Source of the DNA: Gracilinanus agilis
Lineage: Eukaryota
Assembly (NCBI RefSeq): GCF_016433145.1
Contig: NC_058130.1
Location: 202,220,827-202,284,826 of the forward strand
DNA: 64,000 nt
Direction of reading: 5' to 3'
Part shown: in pieces, positions 1 through 18,100 of the stretch
Layout of the letters: each line of letters begins with the position of its first letter
How positions within the stretch are numbered: the first letter of the stretch is position 1
Notes under the pieces: model-generated
What the model was told of the DNA's origin: nothing
Database searches by the model: none
The model's input: only the letters and a program-made list of their open reading frames with translations
Position numbers and translations under genes: made by a program

Positions 1-29
1 CCAGCCATGGCCAATGCGCATTTCCACTA

Positions 30-200
30 AAAACTTTTACTTTTTGTCTGAGTAACAACTCTAAGACAAAAGGGTAAGAGTTAAGCAAATGAGGTTAAGT
101 AACTTGCAGGGGTGGGGGGGTGTTACACAGCTAGGAAGAATCTGAGACTAGATTTGAACCCAGGCCAAGTACTCTAGCCACTGTACCACCTAGCTGCCCT
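30..200 (-). mobile_element. Marsupial CORE-SINE, old copy
   Basis: gatttgaacccagg...ccactgtaccacctagctgccc is the reverse of the tRNA-derived head with A/B boxes. Confidence 0.75.
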
Positions 201-204
201 TTGT

Positions 205-1197
205 TGATTGATTTTTAAATTTTATTTATTTATTTTAAAATATTTTTTCATGGTTACATGATTCACATTCTCTCCCTCCCCTCTTCCCTCCTCCATCCCG
301 GAGCTGACAAGCAATTCCAGTGGGTATACATATGTTATCACTTTATACCTATTTCCATATTATTCATTTTTGTAATAAGGCAATCTTTTAAAACCAAAAC
401 TCCAAATCATGTACCCATATAAAAGAATGATAAATCACATATTTTTCTTTTGTGTTTCTACTCCCACAGTTTTTTTCTCTTGAAGTGGGTAGCATTCTTT
501 CTCATAAGTCCCTTGAGAATGTCCTAGATCACTGCATTGCTATTAGTAGCAAAGCCAATTACATTTGATCATTCCACAATGTATCAGTCTCTGTGTACAA
601 TATTCTCTTGGTTCTGCTCATTTCACTCTGCATCAGTTCATGGAGATCTTTCCACTTCATATAGAAATCAAGCAGTTCATCATTCCTTATAGCACAATAG
701 TATTCCATAACCATCATATACCACAATTTGTTCAGCCATTCCCCAATCAAGAGATACCCTCTCATTTTCCAATTTTTTGATATTACAAAGAGCACAGCTA
801 TAAATATCTTTATACAACCATTTTTATTATCTCTTTGGGGTACAAATCTAGTAGTGGTATTGCTGGATCAAAGGGTATGCATTCTTTTAAAACCTCTTAC
901 ACATAATTCCAAATTGCTTTCCAGAATGGTTGGATCAAATCACAACTCCACCAGCAATGCTTTTGTGTCCCAATTTTGCCATATCCCCTCCAACATTTAT
1001 TATTTTCTTTTACTGTCATATTGACCAGTCTGCTAGATGCTAGGTGGTACCTCAGAGTTGTCTTGATTTGCATTTCTCTAATCAGGAGAGATTTAGAACA
1101 CTTTTTCATGTGACAATAGTTTTTATTTTTTCCATTGAAAACTGCCTGTTCATATTAATGGTTTGATTTCTTGTACATTTGACTTAGTTCCTTATAA
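205..1197 (-). mobile_element. L1 3' fragment (3' UTR + ORF2 C-terminus), 5'-truncated
   Basis: Minus-strand ORFs REMQIKTTLRYHL..CWRG.GKIGT and GEWLNKLWY..MEYYCAIRN; T-rich tail at the left. Confidence 0.9.
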
Positions 1198-1262
1198 ATG
1201 AACCAAAATTTTTTTTAGTTTATTTATTTTTAGAATATTTTCCCATGGTTACATGATTCATG

Positions 1263-1390
1263 NNNNNNNNNNNNNNNNNNNNNNNNNNNNNNNNNNNNNN
1301 NNNNNNNNNNNNNNNNNNNNNNNNNNNNNNNNNNNNNNNNNNNNNNNNNNNNNNNNNNNNNNNNNNNNNNNNNNNNNNNNNNNNNNNNNN
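1263..1390. other. Assembly gap (128 N)
   Basis: Run of N inside an L1 3' UTR. Confidence 0.99.
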
Positions 1391-4300
1391 TGCTAGGTTT
1401 TACATATATCATTGATCGAGACCTACTGGAAATATGGAATATTATTGATAGTTGCACTAGGGTAATTGTTTAGTGTCTACATCCTCAATAATATCCCCCT
1501 CAATCCATGTGTTCAAGCAGTTGTTTTTCATCTGTGTTTTTACTCCCACAGTTCTCCCTCTGGATATGGATAGTTTTCTTTCTCATAAGTCCCTCAGCAT
1601 TGTTCTGGATCACTGCATTGCTACTAGTACAGAAGTCCATTACATTCGATTTTATCACAGTGTATCAGTCTCTGTGTACAATGTTTGCCTAGTTCTGCTC
1701 CTTTCGCTCTGCATCAATTCCTGGAGGTCATTCCAGTTCACATGGAATTCCTCCAGTTTGTTATTCCTTTGAGCTCATAGTATTCCATCACCAGCAGATA
1801 CCACAATTTGTTCAGCCATTCCCCAAATGAAAGGCATACCCTCGTATTCCAGGTTTTTGTCACTACAAAGAGTGCATCTATAAATATTTTTGTACATGTC
1901 TTTTTCCTTATGATCTTTTTGGGGTATAAATCCAGCAGTGGTATGGCTGGATCAAAGGGCAGACAGTCTTTTAAAACTCTTTGGGCATAGTTCCGAATTG
2001 CTATCCAGAATGGTTGGATGAATTCACAACTCCACCAGCAATGCATCAATGTCCCAATTTTGCCACATCCCCTCCAACATTCACCTCTTTCCTTTGTTGT
2101 CATGTTAACCAATCTGCTAGGTGTGAGGTGGTACCTCAGAGTTGTTTTGATTTGCATTTCTCTAATTAAAGAAGATTTAGAACACTTTCTCATGTGCTTA
2201 TGGATAGTTTTGATTTCTTTATCTGAAAATTGCCTATTCATATCCCTTGCCCATTTATCAATTGAGGAATGGCTTGATTTTTTATACAATTGATTTTGCT
2301 CCTTATATATTTGAGTAATTAGACCTTTGTCAGTTTTTGTTGTAAAGATTTTTTTCCCAATTTGTTGATTCCCTTCTAATTTTGGTTGGATTAGTTTTGT
2401 TTGTACACAAACTTTATTATTTAATGTAATCGAAATTATTTATTTTACATTTTGTAATTTTTTTCTAACTCTTGCTTGGTTTTAAAATCTTTCCTTTCCC
2501 AAAGATCTGACAAGTATACTATTCTGTGTTCACCTAATTTACTTATATTTTCCTTCTTTATATTCAAGTCATTCACCCATTCTGAATTTATCTTGGTGTA
2601 GGGTGTGAGATGTTCAACTAAACGTAATCTTTCCCATATTGTTTTCCAATTTTCCCAGCAGTTTTTGTCAAATAGTGGATTTTTGTCCCAAAAGCTAGGC
2701 TCTTTGGCTTTATCATAGACTGTCTTGCTGATGTCACTTACCCCAAGTCTATTCCACTGATCTTCCCTTCTGTCTCTTAGCCAGTACCATATTGTTTTGA
2801 TGACCACTGCTTTATAGTACAGTTTAAGATCTGGTAGTGCTAGGCCCCCTTCCTTCACATTTTTTTCCATTATTTCCCTTGATATTCTTGATCTTTTGTT
2901 CTTCCAAATGAACTTTGTTATAGTTTTTTCTAATTCAGTAAAAAAGTTTTTTGGTAATTTGAAAGGTATGGCACTAAATAGGTAAATTAATTTGGGTAGA
3001 ATGTTCATTTTTATTATGTTAGCTCGTCCTACCCATGAACAATTAATGGTTTTCCAATTGTTTAAATCCAGTTTTATTTTTTTGGAAAGTGTTTGGTAGT
3101 TGTTTTCATATAATTGCTGTTTGTTTTGGTAGATAGATTCCTAAGTATTTTATATTGTCTAGGGTGATTTTGAATAGTATTTGTCTTTCTAACTTTTGCA
3201 GCTGAGATGTTGGAAATATATAGAAATGCTGATGATTTATGTGCATTTATTTTGTATCCTGCATCTTTACTAAAGTTGTTGATTATTTACACTAGTTTTT
3301 TAGTTGATTCGCTAGGATTTTTTAAGTAGACTATCATATCATCTGCAAAGAGTGATAGCTTGGTCTCCTCGTTGTCTATTTTAATACCTTCAATTTCTTT
3401 TCTTCTCTAATTACACTTGCTAGTGTTTCTAGTACAATGTTAAATAAGAGAGGTGATAATGGGCATCCTTGTTTCACTCCTAATCTTATTAGGAATGCTT
3501 CTAATTTGTCCCCATTGCATATGATGCTTGTTGATGGTTTAAGATATATATAGTTTTTTATTTTTAGGAAAGGCCCTTCTATTCCTATACTTTCTAGTGT
3601 TTTTAATAGGAATAGGTGTTGTATTTTGTCAAAGACTTTTTCAGCATCTATTGAGATAATCATGTGATCTTTGTTCGTTAGCTTGTTGATATGGTCAATA
3701 ATGTGGATGGTTTTCCTAATATTAAACCATCTGTGCATTCCTGGATAACGCTCTTGATCAGTTGCTGGAGTCTTTTTGCTAGTATTCTATGTAAGATTTT
3801 TGCATCTATGTTCATTAAGGAGATTGATCTATAGTTTTCTTTCTCTGTTTTTGATTTACCTGGCTTTGGGATCAGTACCATATTTGTGTCATAAAAGGAA
3901 TTTGGTAGAACTCCTTCTTTGCTTATTATGTCAAATAATTTGTATAGTATTGGGATTAGTTGTTCTTTGAATGTTTGATAGAATTCACTTGTGAATCCAT
4001 CTGGTCCTAGGGATTCTTTCTTAGGGAGTTCTTTGATGGTTTGTTCAATTTCTTTTTCTGATATTGGATTATTTAAGTATTCTATTTCTTCTGCTATTAA
4101 TCTAGGCAATTTATATTTTTGTAAATATTCATCCATATCACCTAGATTGCTATGTTTATTGCCATATAATTGGGCAAAATAGTTTTTAATGATTGCCTTA
4201 ATTTCCTCTTCATTAGTGGTGAGGTCTCCCTTTTCATATTTGATACTGTTAATTTGGTTTTCTTCTTTCCTTTTTTTTTATTAGATTGACCAGTACTTTG

Positions 4301-4674
4301 TCAATTTTATTTGTTTTTTTCAAAGTACCAGCTTCTGGTCTTATTTATTAATTCAATAGTTCTTTTACTTTTGATTTTATTAATTTCTCCTTTAATTTTT
4401 ATGATCTCTAATTTAGTTTTCATCTGCGGATTTTTAATTTGTTCACTTTCTAGTTTTTATATTTGCAAGCCCAATTTATTGACCTCTGCCCTCCCTAATC
4501 TGTTAATATATGCACTCAAGGATATAAATTTCCCCCTAAGTACTGCTTTGGCTGCATCCCACAGATTTTGGTAGGATGTCTCATCATTGTCATTCTCTTC
4601 AATAAAATTATTGTTTCTATTTGTTCTTTAACTGATTTTGGAGAATCATACTATTCAATTTCCAATTAATTTTT

Positions 4675-4861
4675 TTTTTAATTTTAAACCCTTAACTTCT
4701 GTGTATTGACTTATAGGTGGAAGAGTGGTAAGGGTAGGCAATGGGGGTCAAGTGACTTGCCCAGGGTCACACAACTGGGAAGTGTCTGAGGTTGGATTTG
4801 AACCTAGGACCTCCCTTCTCTAGGCCTAGCTCTCAATCCACTGAGCTACCCAGGTGCCCCC
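4675..4861 (-). mobile_element. SINE1_Mdo-like SINE inserted in L1
   Basis: Full head-to-tail SINE flanked by tccaattaattttt repeats. Confidence 0.93.
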
Positions 4862-4875
4862 TCCAATTAATTTTT

Positions 4876-5055
4876 TTTTAAACCCTTGAACTTCGGTGTA
4901 TTGTCTCATAGGTGGAAGAGTGGTAAGGGTGGGCAATGGGGGTCAAGTGACTTGCCCAGGGTCACACAGCTGGGAAGTGGCTGAGGCTGGGTTTGAACCT
5001 AGGACCTCCTGTCTCTAGGCCTGACTCTCACTCCACTGAGCTACCCAGCTGCCCC
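4876..5055 (-). mobile_element. SINE1_Mdo-like SINE (different subfamily) at the same target site
   Basis: Nearly identical to the copy at 32535-32717; flanked by tccaattaattttt. Confidence 0.93.
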
Positions 5056-6177
5056 TCCAATTAATTTTTGATTTGCCTTTCCATATGCCCTTACTAATTA
5101 TTATTTTTATTGCATTATGATCTGAAGAAGGTTGCATTTATTATTTCTACTTTTTGCATTTGTTTGCCATAGTCCTAGTGCATGGTCAATCTTTGAAAAT
5201 GTACCGTGTACCGCTGTAAAGAAGGTGTATTCCTTTTTGTCCCTATTTATTTTTCTCTGCATATCTATTAACTCTAATTTTTCTAGGATTTCATTCACCT
5301 CTCTTACCTCTTTCTTATTTATTTTTTGGTTTGATTTATCTAGATCTGATACAGGAAGGTTTAGATCTCCCACTAGTATAGTGTTACTATCTGTTTCTTC
5401 CTCGAGTGCTGCCAGTTTCTCCTTTAGAAATCTGGATGCTATACCATTTGGTGCATACATGTTATGTACTGATATTTCCTCATTGTCTATACTGCCTTTT
5501 ATCAGGATGTAATTACCTTCCCTATCTCTCTCTCTCTTTTTTTTTTTTTACTTTGGCTTTATCAGTTATAAAGATTGCAACTCCTGCCTTCTTTTTCTCA
5601 GTCAAAGCCCAATAGATTTTGTTCCATCCTTTCACCTTCACCCTGTGTGTGTCTACATGCCTCATATAGTAGGCTTTTGGTTTCTAATCCACCCTGGTAT
5701 TTGCTTCCATTTTATGGGAGAGTTCATCCCATTCACATTCAGAGTTATGATTGTCATCTGTGTATTCCCCAACATTTTGATGTCCTCTCCTAATTCTGCC
5801 TTTTCTTCTTTTGCTATTTCCTTTTAAACCAGTGGTTTGCTTTTAATCAGTCCCCCTAATTCCCACCCTTATTTTACTTCCCTTCCTGCCCCCTCCCTTT
5901 TTGTCCTCCTCTTGTTATTTATTTTTTAGGGTCAATTAGATTCCCTCCCCACCTTTTTCCCTCCCTTTATGTACTACTTGCCCCACTTCCCACCTTGGTT
6001 TTTCCCTTCTGATTTTCCCTGTAGTATAAGATAGAATTTGTTACCCCAATGGATCTATCTGCTCTTCCCCCTCAGAATTGATTCCTCTGAGAGTAAGGTT
6101 TAAGTATTACATATTAACACTCTCTTCCTCTCCTTCTTATAATAATATTCTTCCCCTCCCCTTCCCATACGCCTCAC

Positions 6178-8016
6178 AGGCTCTTGAAGAGTTCCAATCT
6201 GAGATCATGAGAAAGGTAGAAGAGATTTAGCAAGAAAAGTAGGAAATATTTCAAAAAGAAAATAACAGTTTAAAAGGCAGAATTTCACAATTAGAAATTG
6301 AGGCTCAGAAATCAAATGAAATGATAAGCAAATCGAAGACCAGAAATGACCATCTGGAAGTCATGAAGAGCCAGATAGACCAGACTAAAAAGGAAAACCA
6401 AAAGATTATAGTTGAAAATCAGTCTTTAAAGGCTAGAATTGGGCAGTAGAAGCCAATGATCTCACAAGACAGCAAGAATTAATAAAGCAAAATCAAAAGA
6501 CTGACAAAATAGAAGGAAACATGAAATATCTCAATGAGAAGATGATAGATCAAGAAAACATGTCCAGAAGAGACAACTTGAGAATTATTGGCCTTCCAGA
6601 AAAATCAGAGACAAATAGAAATCTAGATGTCATACTATAAGAAATTATCTAATAAAACTGCCCCAATGTCCTTGAATAAGAGGGCAAAATAGACATTGAA
6701 ACAGCCCATAGAAGACCCTCTACACTAAATCCTCAAAAGAGAACCCCCAGGAATGTAACAGCCAAATTCAAAAGCTTCCAAGTTAAGGAGAAAATATTAC
6801 AAGAAGCCAGAAAGAGACAATTCAGATATCAAGGAACAACAATCAGGATTACACAGGATCTGGCAGCCTCCACACTACAAGACTGCAAGACTTGTAATAT
6901 GATATTCAGAAAGGCAAGAGAATTGGGTCTACAACCAAGGATCATCTACCCATTAAAACTGTACCAATCCAGTTATACATTAATTGTGATATTATTTTAA
7001 GAGTGCTCAAAAACTGACTCTTGTATGGCTAATGATTGATTTCTGGAATCTTGAGTTAAATTGAACCTCAACCTTGCCAAATTCCTAGCCCTTCCCTAAG
7101 GCTACACTCCAGAAGACTGGTCAGCTATCTCAGTCTCTTTACTTTACCTACAATGATCAATTAATATATGTATCAAACATCAGTAGATGCCTTAGGCCAT
7201 ATCAGCTCCTGATCCAGGTGTTAGCTCTACCTATTGTTTTAGGTTCTGGCAGTTTGTATTTCCTGATGATTACCTCATAATGTTAATGTATCAAACCACT
7301 TGGCTCTCCCCTTCCCCCTGTAAGGTTGCAACCCCAATAAAAGTAGAATATGACAGTTGAGGATGAAGCTCTTAACCATCAGAGCTCTGAACTATGAAGC
7401 TCTTGACCACCAGAGCTTACTCGCTGTCTATCTTACGCCAGAACTTTCTATGTCTGTCTGTCTTTATTCTCACCTTATGTTCTCTTTCCATTAGTCCTTC
7501 ACCCATAACCCATTTTCACACAGTCCTAAGTTCCCCTTTCTGAGTGTCCTACCCAATAGGAATTTTCATGGAGCTGCTGGACGGCTTCAAAAACTGACTA
7601 TATACTTCCAGGGGAAAGTATGAGCATTCAACAAAATAGAAGATTTCCAAGTATTTATAAAGAAAAGACAAGGATTAAATGGAAAGTTTGATATCCAATC
7701 ACAAAAACCAAGAGAAACATGGAAAGGTAAATAAGAGAGGGGAAAGAAAAAAAAAATTTAAGGTTCTTCTTTAAGGGCTTCAATAAGATCAAATTACTTA
7801 TATTCTTATATGGGAAAATGTTATTTGTAACTCTCAAAAATTGTATTCGCTATTATAGTAATTAGAAGAACTATACATAGGGAAAGGTTGGGGTACTAAG
7901 TGGTCTAAGATGATACACACACAAAAAAAGAAAGAAAAACGGTGGGGGAATATAAGATGGCACCAAGAGAAACTTAAAGGAATAAGAAAAATAGGATCAT
8001 CTATACCACACAGTGA
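6178..8016 (+). mobile_element. Inverted 5' arm of the same L1 (ORF1 + spacer), interrupted by an LTR
   Basis: ORF1-like coiled coil and RRM (agagacaacttgagaattattggcc, aggattacacaggatctggcagc), similar to the ORF1 copy at 60.8-61.4 kb. Confidence 0.88.
6960..7589 (+). mobile_element. Solo LTR (630 bp) in L1 ORF1
   Basis: TG...CA termini, 5-bp TSD AAAAC (6955-59 / 7590-94), AATAAA at ~7337; the L1 reads continuously across the insertion. Confidence 0.85.
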
Positions 8017-8219
8017 ACCTAGTTTAGATAGGAGAGACCAAGCCCAAACTCAAAAGATTTCAGTTTTGTTCTGATTCATATCTTACATAAGTCAATGATA
8101 GGCAATGTAGCATTATGAATAAAACCTGGTCTCAGAGTCAAGGTTCAAGTCTTGTCTCTCATACATACTGGATTGTGACCCTGAGCTATCATGGAACTTC
8201 TCTTAAGAATATGAATTGC

Positions 8220-8800
8220 AAAGTTAGGTTTAGATCAACATCTCACACCCTATACCAAGATAAGTTCAAAATGGGTATAAAACATAAAGAGTGATATTAT
8301 AAGTAAATTAGGTGAACACAGAATAGTCTACCAATGGATCTATGAAGAAGAGAAGAATTTAAGATCAAACAAGAGATAGAGAACATTGTGAGATGTAAAA
8401 GATATAATTTTGATTATATTAATTTTGAATTAATTTGAATATATTAATTGATTAAGATTTGTACAAAAATACCCCAATGCAACCAAGATTAAAAGGGAAA
8501 CAACAAACTGGGAAAATATTTTTAAAACAAATTTCTCTCATAAGGGTCTCAATTCTCAAACATATAGAGAACTAAGCCAAATTTATAAGAAACCAAGTCA
8601 TTCCCCAATTGACAAATGGTCAACGGATATGAATAGGTAGTTCTCAGAGGAAGAAATTAAAGAAATTAATAATCATATGAAAAAGTATTCTAAATCCCTG
8701 CTGATTAGAGAAATGCAAATCAAAAGAACTCTGAGATATCACCTTACACCTAGCAGATTGGCCAATATGATAGTAAAGGAAAATAATAAGTATTGGAGGG
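8220..8800 (+). mobile_element. Older L1 ORF2 fragment
   Basis: catctcacaccctataccaagataag; ORF 8677 REMQIKRTLRYHLTPSRLA. Confidence 0.85.
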
Positions 8801-9559
8801 AATGTGTGTTTCCTCATCTATATAATGAGCTGGAGAGGAAATGGCAAAACTCTACAGTATCTTTGCCAAGAAAATCTGAAATCGGGTCATAGAGTTGGAC
8901 ACAACTGACCAGCAATAACCCCTTTTCAGAAATAGAGCAGGTACAGAAGTAGAGGGATTTTGGGGGAAAAGATAATGAAGGTCCATTTTGGACATTTTAA
9001 ATTTGGGATAACTAAACTGAGGTGTTTGAATTGGAATAAAGTAGGCAATCTCAATCGTTTTGTTTAAGCTTATTAACCTAACAAATTTTTTTTTCAGGAT
9101 CCTTTCATTTGGGGGCCAAGATTTGGCCTTTAAAGGACAAACAAGGAAATTTGCACCTATGCTAGGGGTGATAGAGAAGAACTAAAACTTCTAGAGTAGA
9201 GGATTAATATAATTTTGTCCTTACGGAGTTGGTTTGGAGAGGGGAGACTTAAGGGAAAGAAAAAGCACTTACCCTCAAGGAGTTTATGTTCTATTAACAG
9301 AGGGGAAACATGAATATTTTAATAATAAATTAGTAACAGTAGTAGTAGTTAATATTTACAAAGGGCTTACAATGTGCCAGTCACTTTGTGCCAATAGCAC
9401 AATATGCCCAGCTCTTTATAATTATCTCAACAATCTTGAGACGTGTACACTATTATCTCATTTTACAGCTGAGGAAACTGAGGCAGGCAGAGCTGAAATA
9501 ACCTTCCCCAGATAACAGGACTAGTAGCGGTCTGGAGCTGCATTGGAAATCTGGTCGTT

Positions 9560-12401
<2,842 letters not shown>

Positions 12402-14459
12402 GGGAATATGAGAGAGAGACCTGAAAAAGCTAACACCAGAGGGCTGTATCTTCTCTATAAAGCATGAGGTCAGGCCATCTATGTGCTGGGAGGGCAGTGA
12501 TAAGAACTGAGGGTGTAAAGTGACAGGAAATCTGGTAGAACTGCTGTGAGGAGTATTATGCAAACAGGAGATGAATAACAGAACTGATGATCTCAATAAG
12601 GAGTTTAAGTTAGACAGCTTGATCATAACAGATTGAGTTGATCATAACAGATTGAGTTGAAACTCCAGCCTTTCTTGGTAATCTACTCATGGTTCCAAAA
12701 TGTTTTGGGACCAAGAAGGGAATTAAATATAGGTTCTATCCCTTGCGGTTCTCAAAGAGAAGAAGGCAATATTCCCTCCTCTATTATTTTGACAGAGCTG
12801 GACATAGAATTGGTTTTCTTTTAGAAGGCATTGCCTCATGAAAGGTCTGGTAGATCATGTCCTGTTCAGACATGGAAGTGCCCCATGGACAATTAGCCTA
12901 TTAGATAATCCATGCATCCACCCCTAAAATAGATTGGCTCTAGGCAGCTGGCTAGTCACCTTGAAATTTGAACGTAAAATCTCTGAGCCCTACTTTTTCC
13001 TTGAGATAGGAATGTTCTACTGTATCCATGCCCCATTCTGGAAAAGATGCTCCATATATGAGCATTTACCAAATATTTATTCTGGGTACTCTAAAAGGGA
13101 GAATGTCCATTGTCTTGTGGCAGAGGTCCAAAGCTAATTTTCTATGTTTTCCTTCAACTCAACCCAAGTATTAAGGCTGAAGAGTGGAATGCCCTAGGTG
13201 TAGGGCAGTACCTTAACAGTACCTTCATTTTTCCTATACTGTGTTTTTTTCCACTGGGATAAACAGATTTTTAACTGATCCAGGCCTGCCCTGGAAATAG
13301 ATTTTTTTAATTAATAGCTCCCTTTACTTATTATCTGGAGTTACAAGCAACTGACAGAACTATTCTAATCTGTAACATAATTGTTTCATTACATGTCAAC
13401 CTTCTTTCTCATGGCAGGGATTTATAATTGTTCTTTTTTTCTTTTTTCTTTTTTCTGTTTGTGTTCATTCTTCTGACATTTTATACATGTTTCTCTTGCT
13501 CAGTTTCGTAAAAATAATTCTGGACTATCCCTTGCAAGTGCCTTATTCATACTTGTTGACTATTAAATTATTTTGTCTATATGGAATATCAGACTACTTT
13601 GTTTCTTTTGCCAAACAGTAGTTGTTTGCACAAATAATTATTTTAAATAAGTAAAATGGTCTTAATTCAAGACCCATATCTTACAATGAAAGGGTGTCCT
13701 GACAAATCCTGTAAAAACTAACTGGGCTTCCATAATTTTCCTTCACCTCGTCTTTTTGACCTTTTTATGTTATACAAAGTTCTTTCCAGCTCATAAAGTA
13801 TTGTCACATAGTAGTCTTTATGCCCAGTTTTCTACACCATGGATTTGTCTGGTTGCAAATTCTTTTAAAATTTGCTTTCTGTTGTCACATTGGTAGGATG
13901 GTATACAGAGGATTGAGAATTAGAGGACCTGGGATTAAATCCCCATGTTGGCACCTATCAGTGTGGTCTTGTACATATATAATCTCTGGGCCTCAGTGTC
14001 ATCTAAAAAATGTGGGGACGGATTGAGTGACCCTTAAGGTTCTTGACTGCTTGAAATTTGCTATCCTATATTAATTAAGCATTTTCTCTAGGCCATTTTT
14101 CTTTGGGGACACTTCCCTCATCTTTCTGCACCCTCTACTTCTTAGAAGCATCCTCTCTTTTCGAAAGGATGTTAACATTGGCATATTTTTGTAAATTTCA
14201 TTTCCCCAGACCACTCACTACACACCTTGTAGCAATTCCAAAGATGAAATTTTGGTACCCCCTTTTATTAATTTCAAACATTTATTAGGCACTTACTGTT
14301 GTATTTTAGAAAGATACATATACTTGGCATACTGTTGTGCGTTAGCGGTAGGTAGTTCTGGCCAGGATGATATTTTGTATTTTTTCCAAGATAGGGTTCA
14401 GACTCCCACCCAAATTCTCTGCAGCCATTGTAAGAAAGGTTGAGTGAAAAAAAGCCAAG

Positions 14460-16652
<2,193 letters not shown>

Positions 16653-17179
16653 CCTGCTTCACTGGGGATGGGGGAGAAGTGATTGGAGAGGAGCTGAAGG
16701 TCTAAACATGGTCAAAGTACTAGAGGTAGGCTCTAATGGGCATGGAAGGGAGTAACCAAGCAAGACTTGGGGCCTGAAGCCAGTTCCTCATTACTCCTTT
16801 GTGGGCCTAATTCCATATTTGTTCGAAAGTGGGGGAAAATATGCCTGTATAAAGTTCAAATTAAACTTTATAAAAAAATCCATTCATGCAAGTAGAAGTT
16901 ATGGAGTAGCCTAGCTTTTAATCAAGCTGTCCAATAACTAGAATTACAGTCTAGTACAAGCTGATGTCCTTCTGCACTTTACTATATGAACAAAAGTATC
17001 GCTAGCCCTGAGAAAACATACAAAATGAGATGAGGAACTGGGGCCAGAAACGATGAACCATAACTGAATGATTCTTAGGGGATAGATACAATAGCAGTTA
17101 AAGCCCAAAGAGTGGTCAAGGCAAAACTAGAGATCTAGGACCAAATGTACAGTATTTGCGTTTTCCGTATAGCAAACAT

Positions 17180-18100
17180 CAGAGTAGGCAATAGTTCTGC
17201 AATAAGGGATAAATGTTGGGAAATAAGGATTAGCAACCAACCCAGAGGTTTGAGTTAGAGAAGGCATGGGGGGGGGTGAAGAGTTAAAGAATCTGAAACA
17301 ATGTATAATGGGAAAATAGCATCAATCAGAGCATCAAGAGCAACACATAAAAGTAGTAGTGGTTCAGGTGAGTGGTAATGATGACATTACCTAGCCTATT
17401 GGAAGTTCAGTAATAAAGGAAAGAATAGAAAATCACAATAAAAGAATTGTAGGTCTTTGTAGCTGTTGGGCTAGTGTGATATAGGATGTGCAAGACAGGA
17501 GTCAAAGATGATGCCACAGTTTCAAGCTTCAATGTTTAAGAAAATGATGATATTGACAGCACAGGGGAAGTCAAATTGAGAATGTGATTTAGTGAGCACA
17601 GGGGAGCAGAAGATTTCTGATTCAGTGTTTTGAGTTTAAAGTGTACACTGGACCTAGGTGAAAATAATCAACTGGGAGTTGTCAAAGACAGGACTTTGGG
17701 GTTTAAGATTAGGCCTAACAATAGAGACATGAAAGTAATATTTAGAGGAATGGATAAGATCATGAAGGGAGAGTGGAAAGAAGAAAAAGAGGGCAAAGGC
17801 AGAGAATTTGGAGAATGCCTATTATGGGGCAGGAAGGGAAAGAAAGCAGGGCAAAAAAGAGAATAGTCAGAGAGGCAGCAAACATGCAAATCTTGGAAGC
17901 CAAGGGAAGAGTGTCACAAAGAAGAGGATAGTCAATAGTATCATGTTGCACAGTGGTAAAAGAGAATGAGGACTGAGAGAAAAGGCCATTGATTTTAATG
18001 ATTAGAAAGGCAATGGTAAACTTCAGAAAAGTGGTGGGAGCAAAAACCAGATTTAGAGTGGACATGAGGATGGTCTTTAGCTGGAATACAAAGTTCATAT
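17180..18100 (-). mobile_element. L2 LINE remnant
   Basis: Purine-rich antisense L2 hallmarks (ggagtcaaagatgatgcc, gaatgaggactgagaaaaggccattg); boundaries approximate. Confidence 0.6.

Larger units (their letters stand above)
1208..6177 (-). mobile_element. L1 (L1_Mdo-like) 3' arm: 3' UTR, degraded ORF2 (EN, RT, C-terminus) and part of the inter-ORF spacer
   Basis: Broken ORF2 pieces at 1738..2289, 2445..3008 (KFIWKNKR..GGLALPDLKLYY), 3376..3738 ([20 protein letters not shown]), 3678..4136 (GPDGFT.EFY) and 5107..5460 (YAPN, GDLN); frameshifted. Confidence 0.95.

Noticed and set aside
1738-5460. L1 ORF2 pieces as functional genes
   Set aside because: Multiple frameshifts, stops and SINE insertions show a dead copy.
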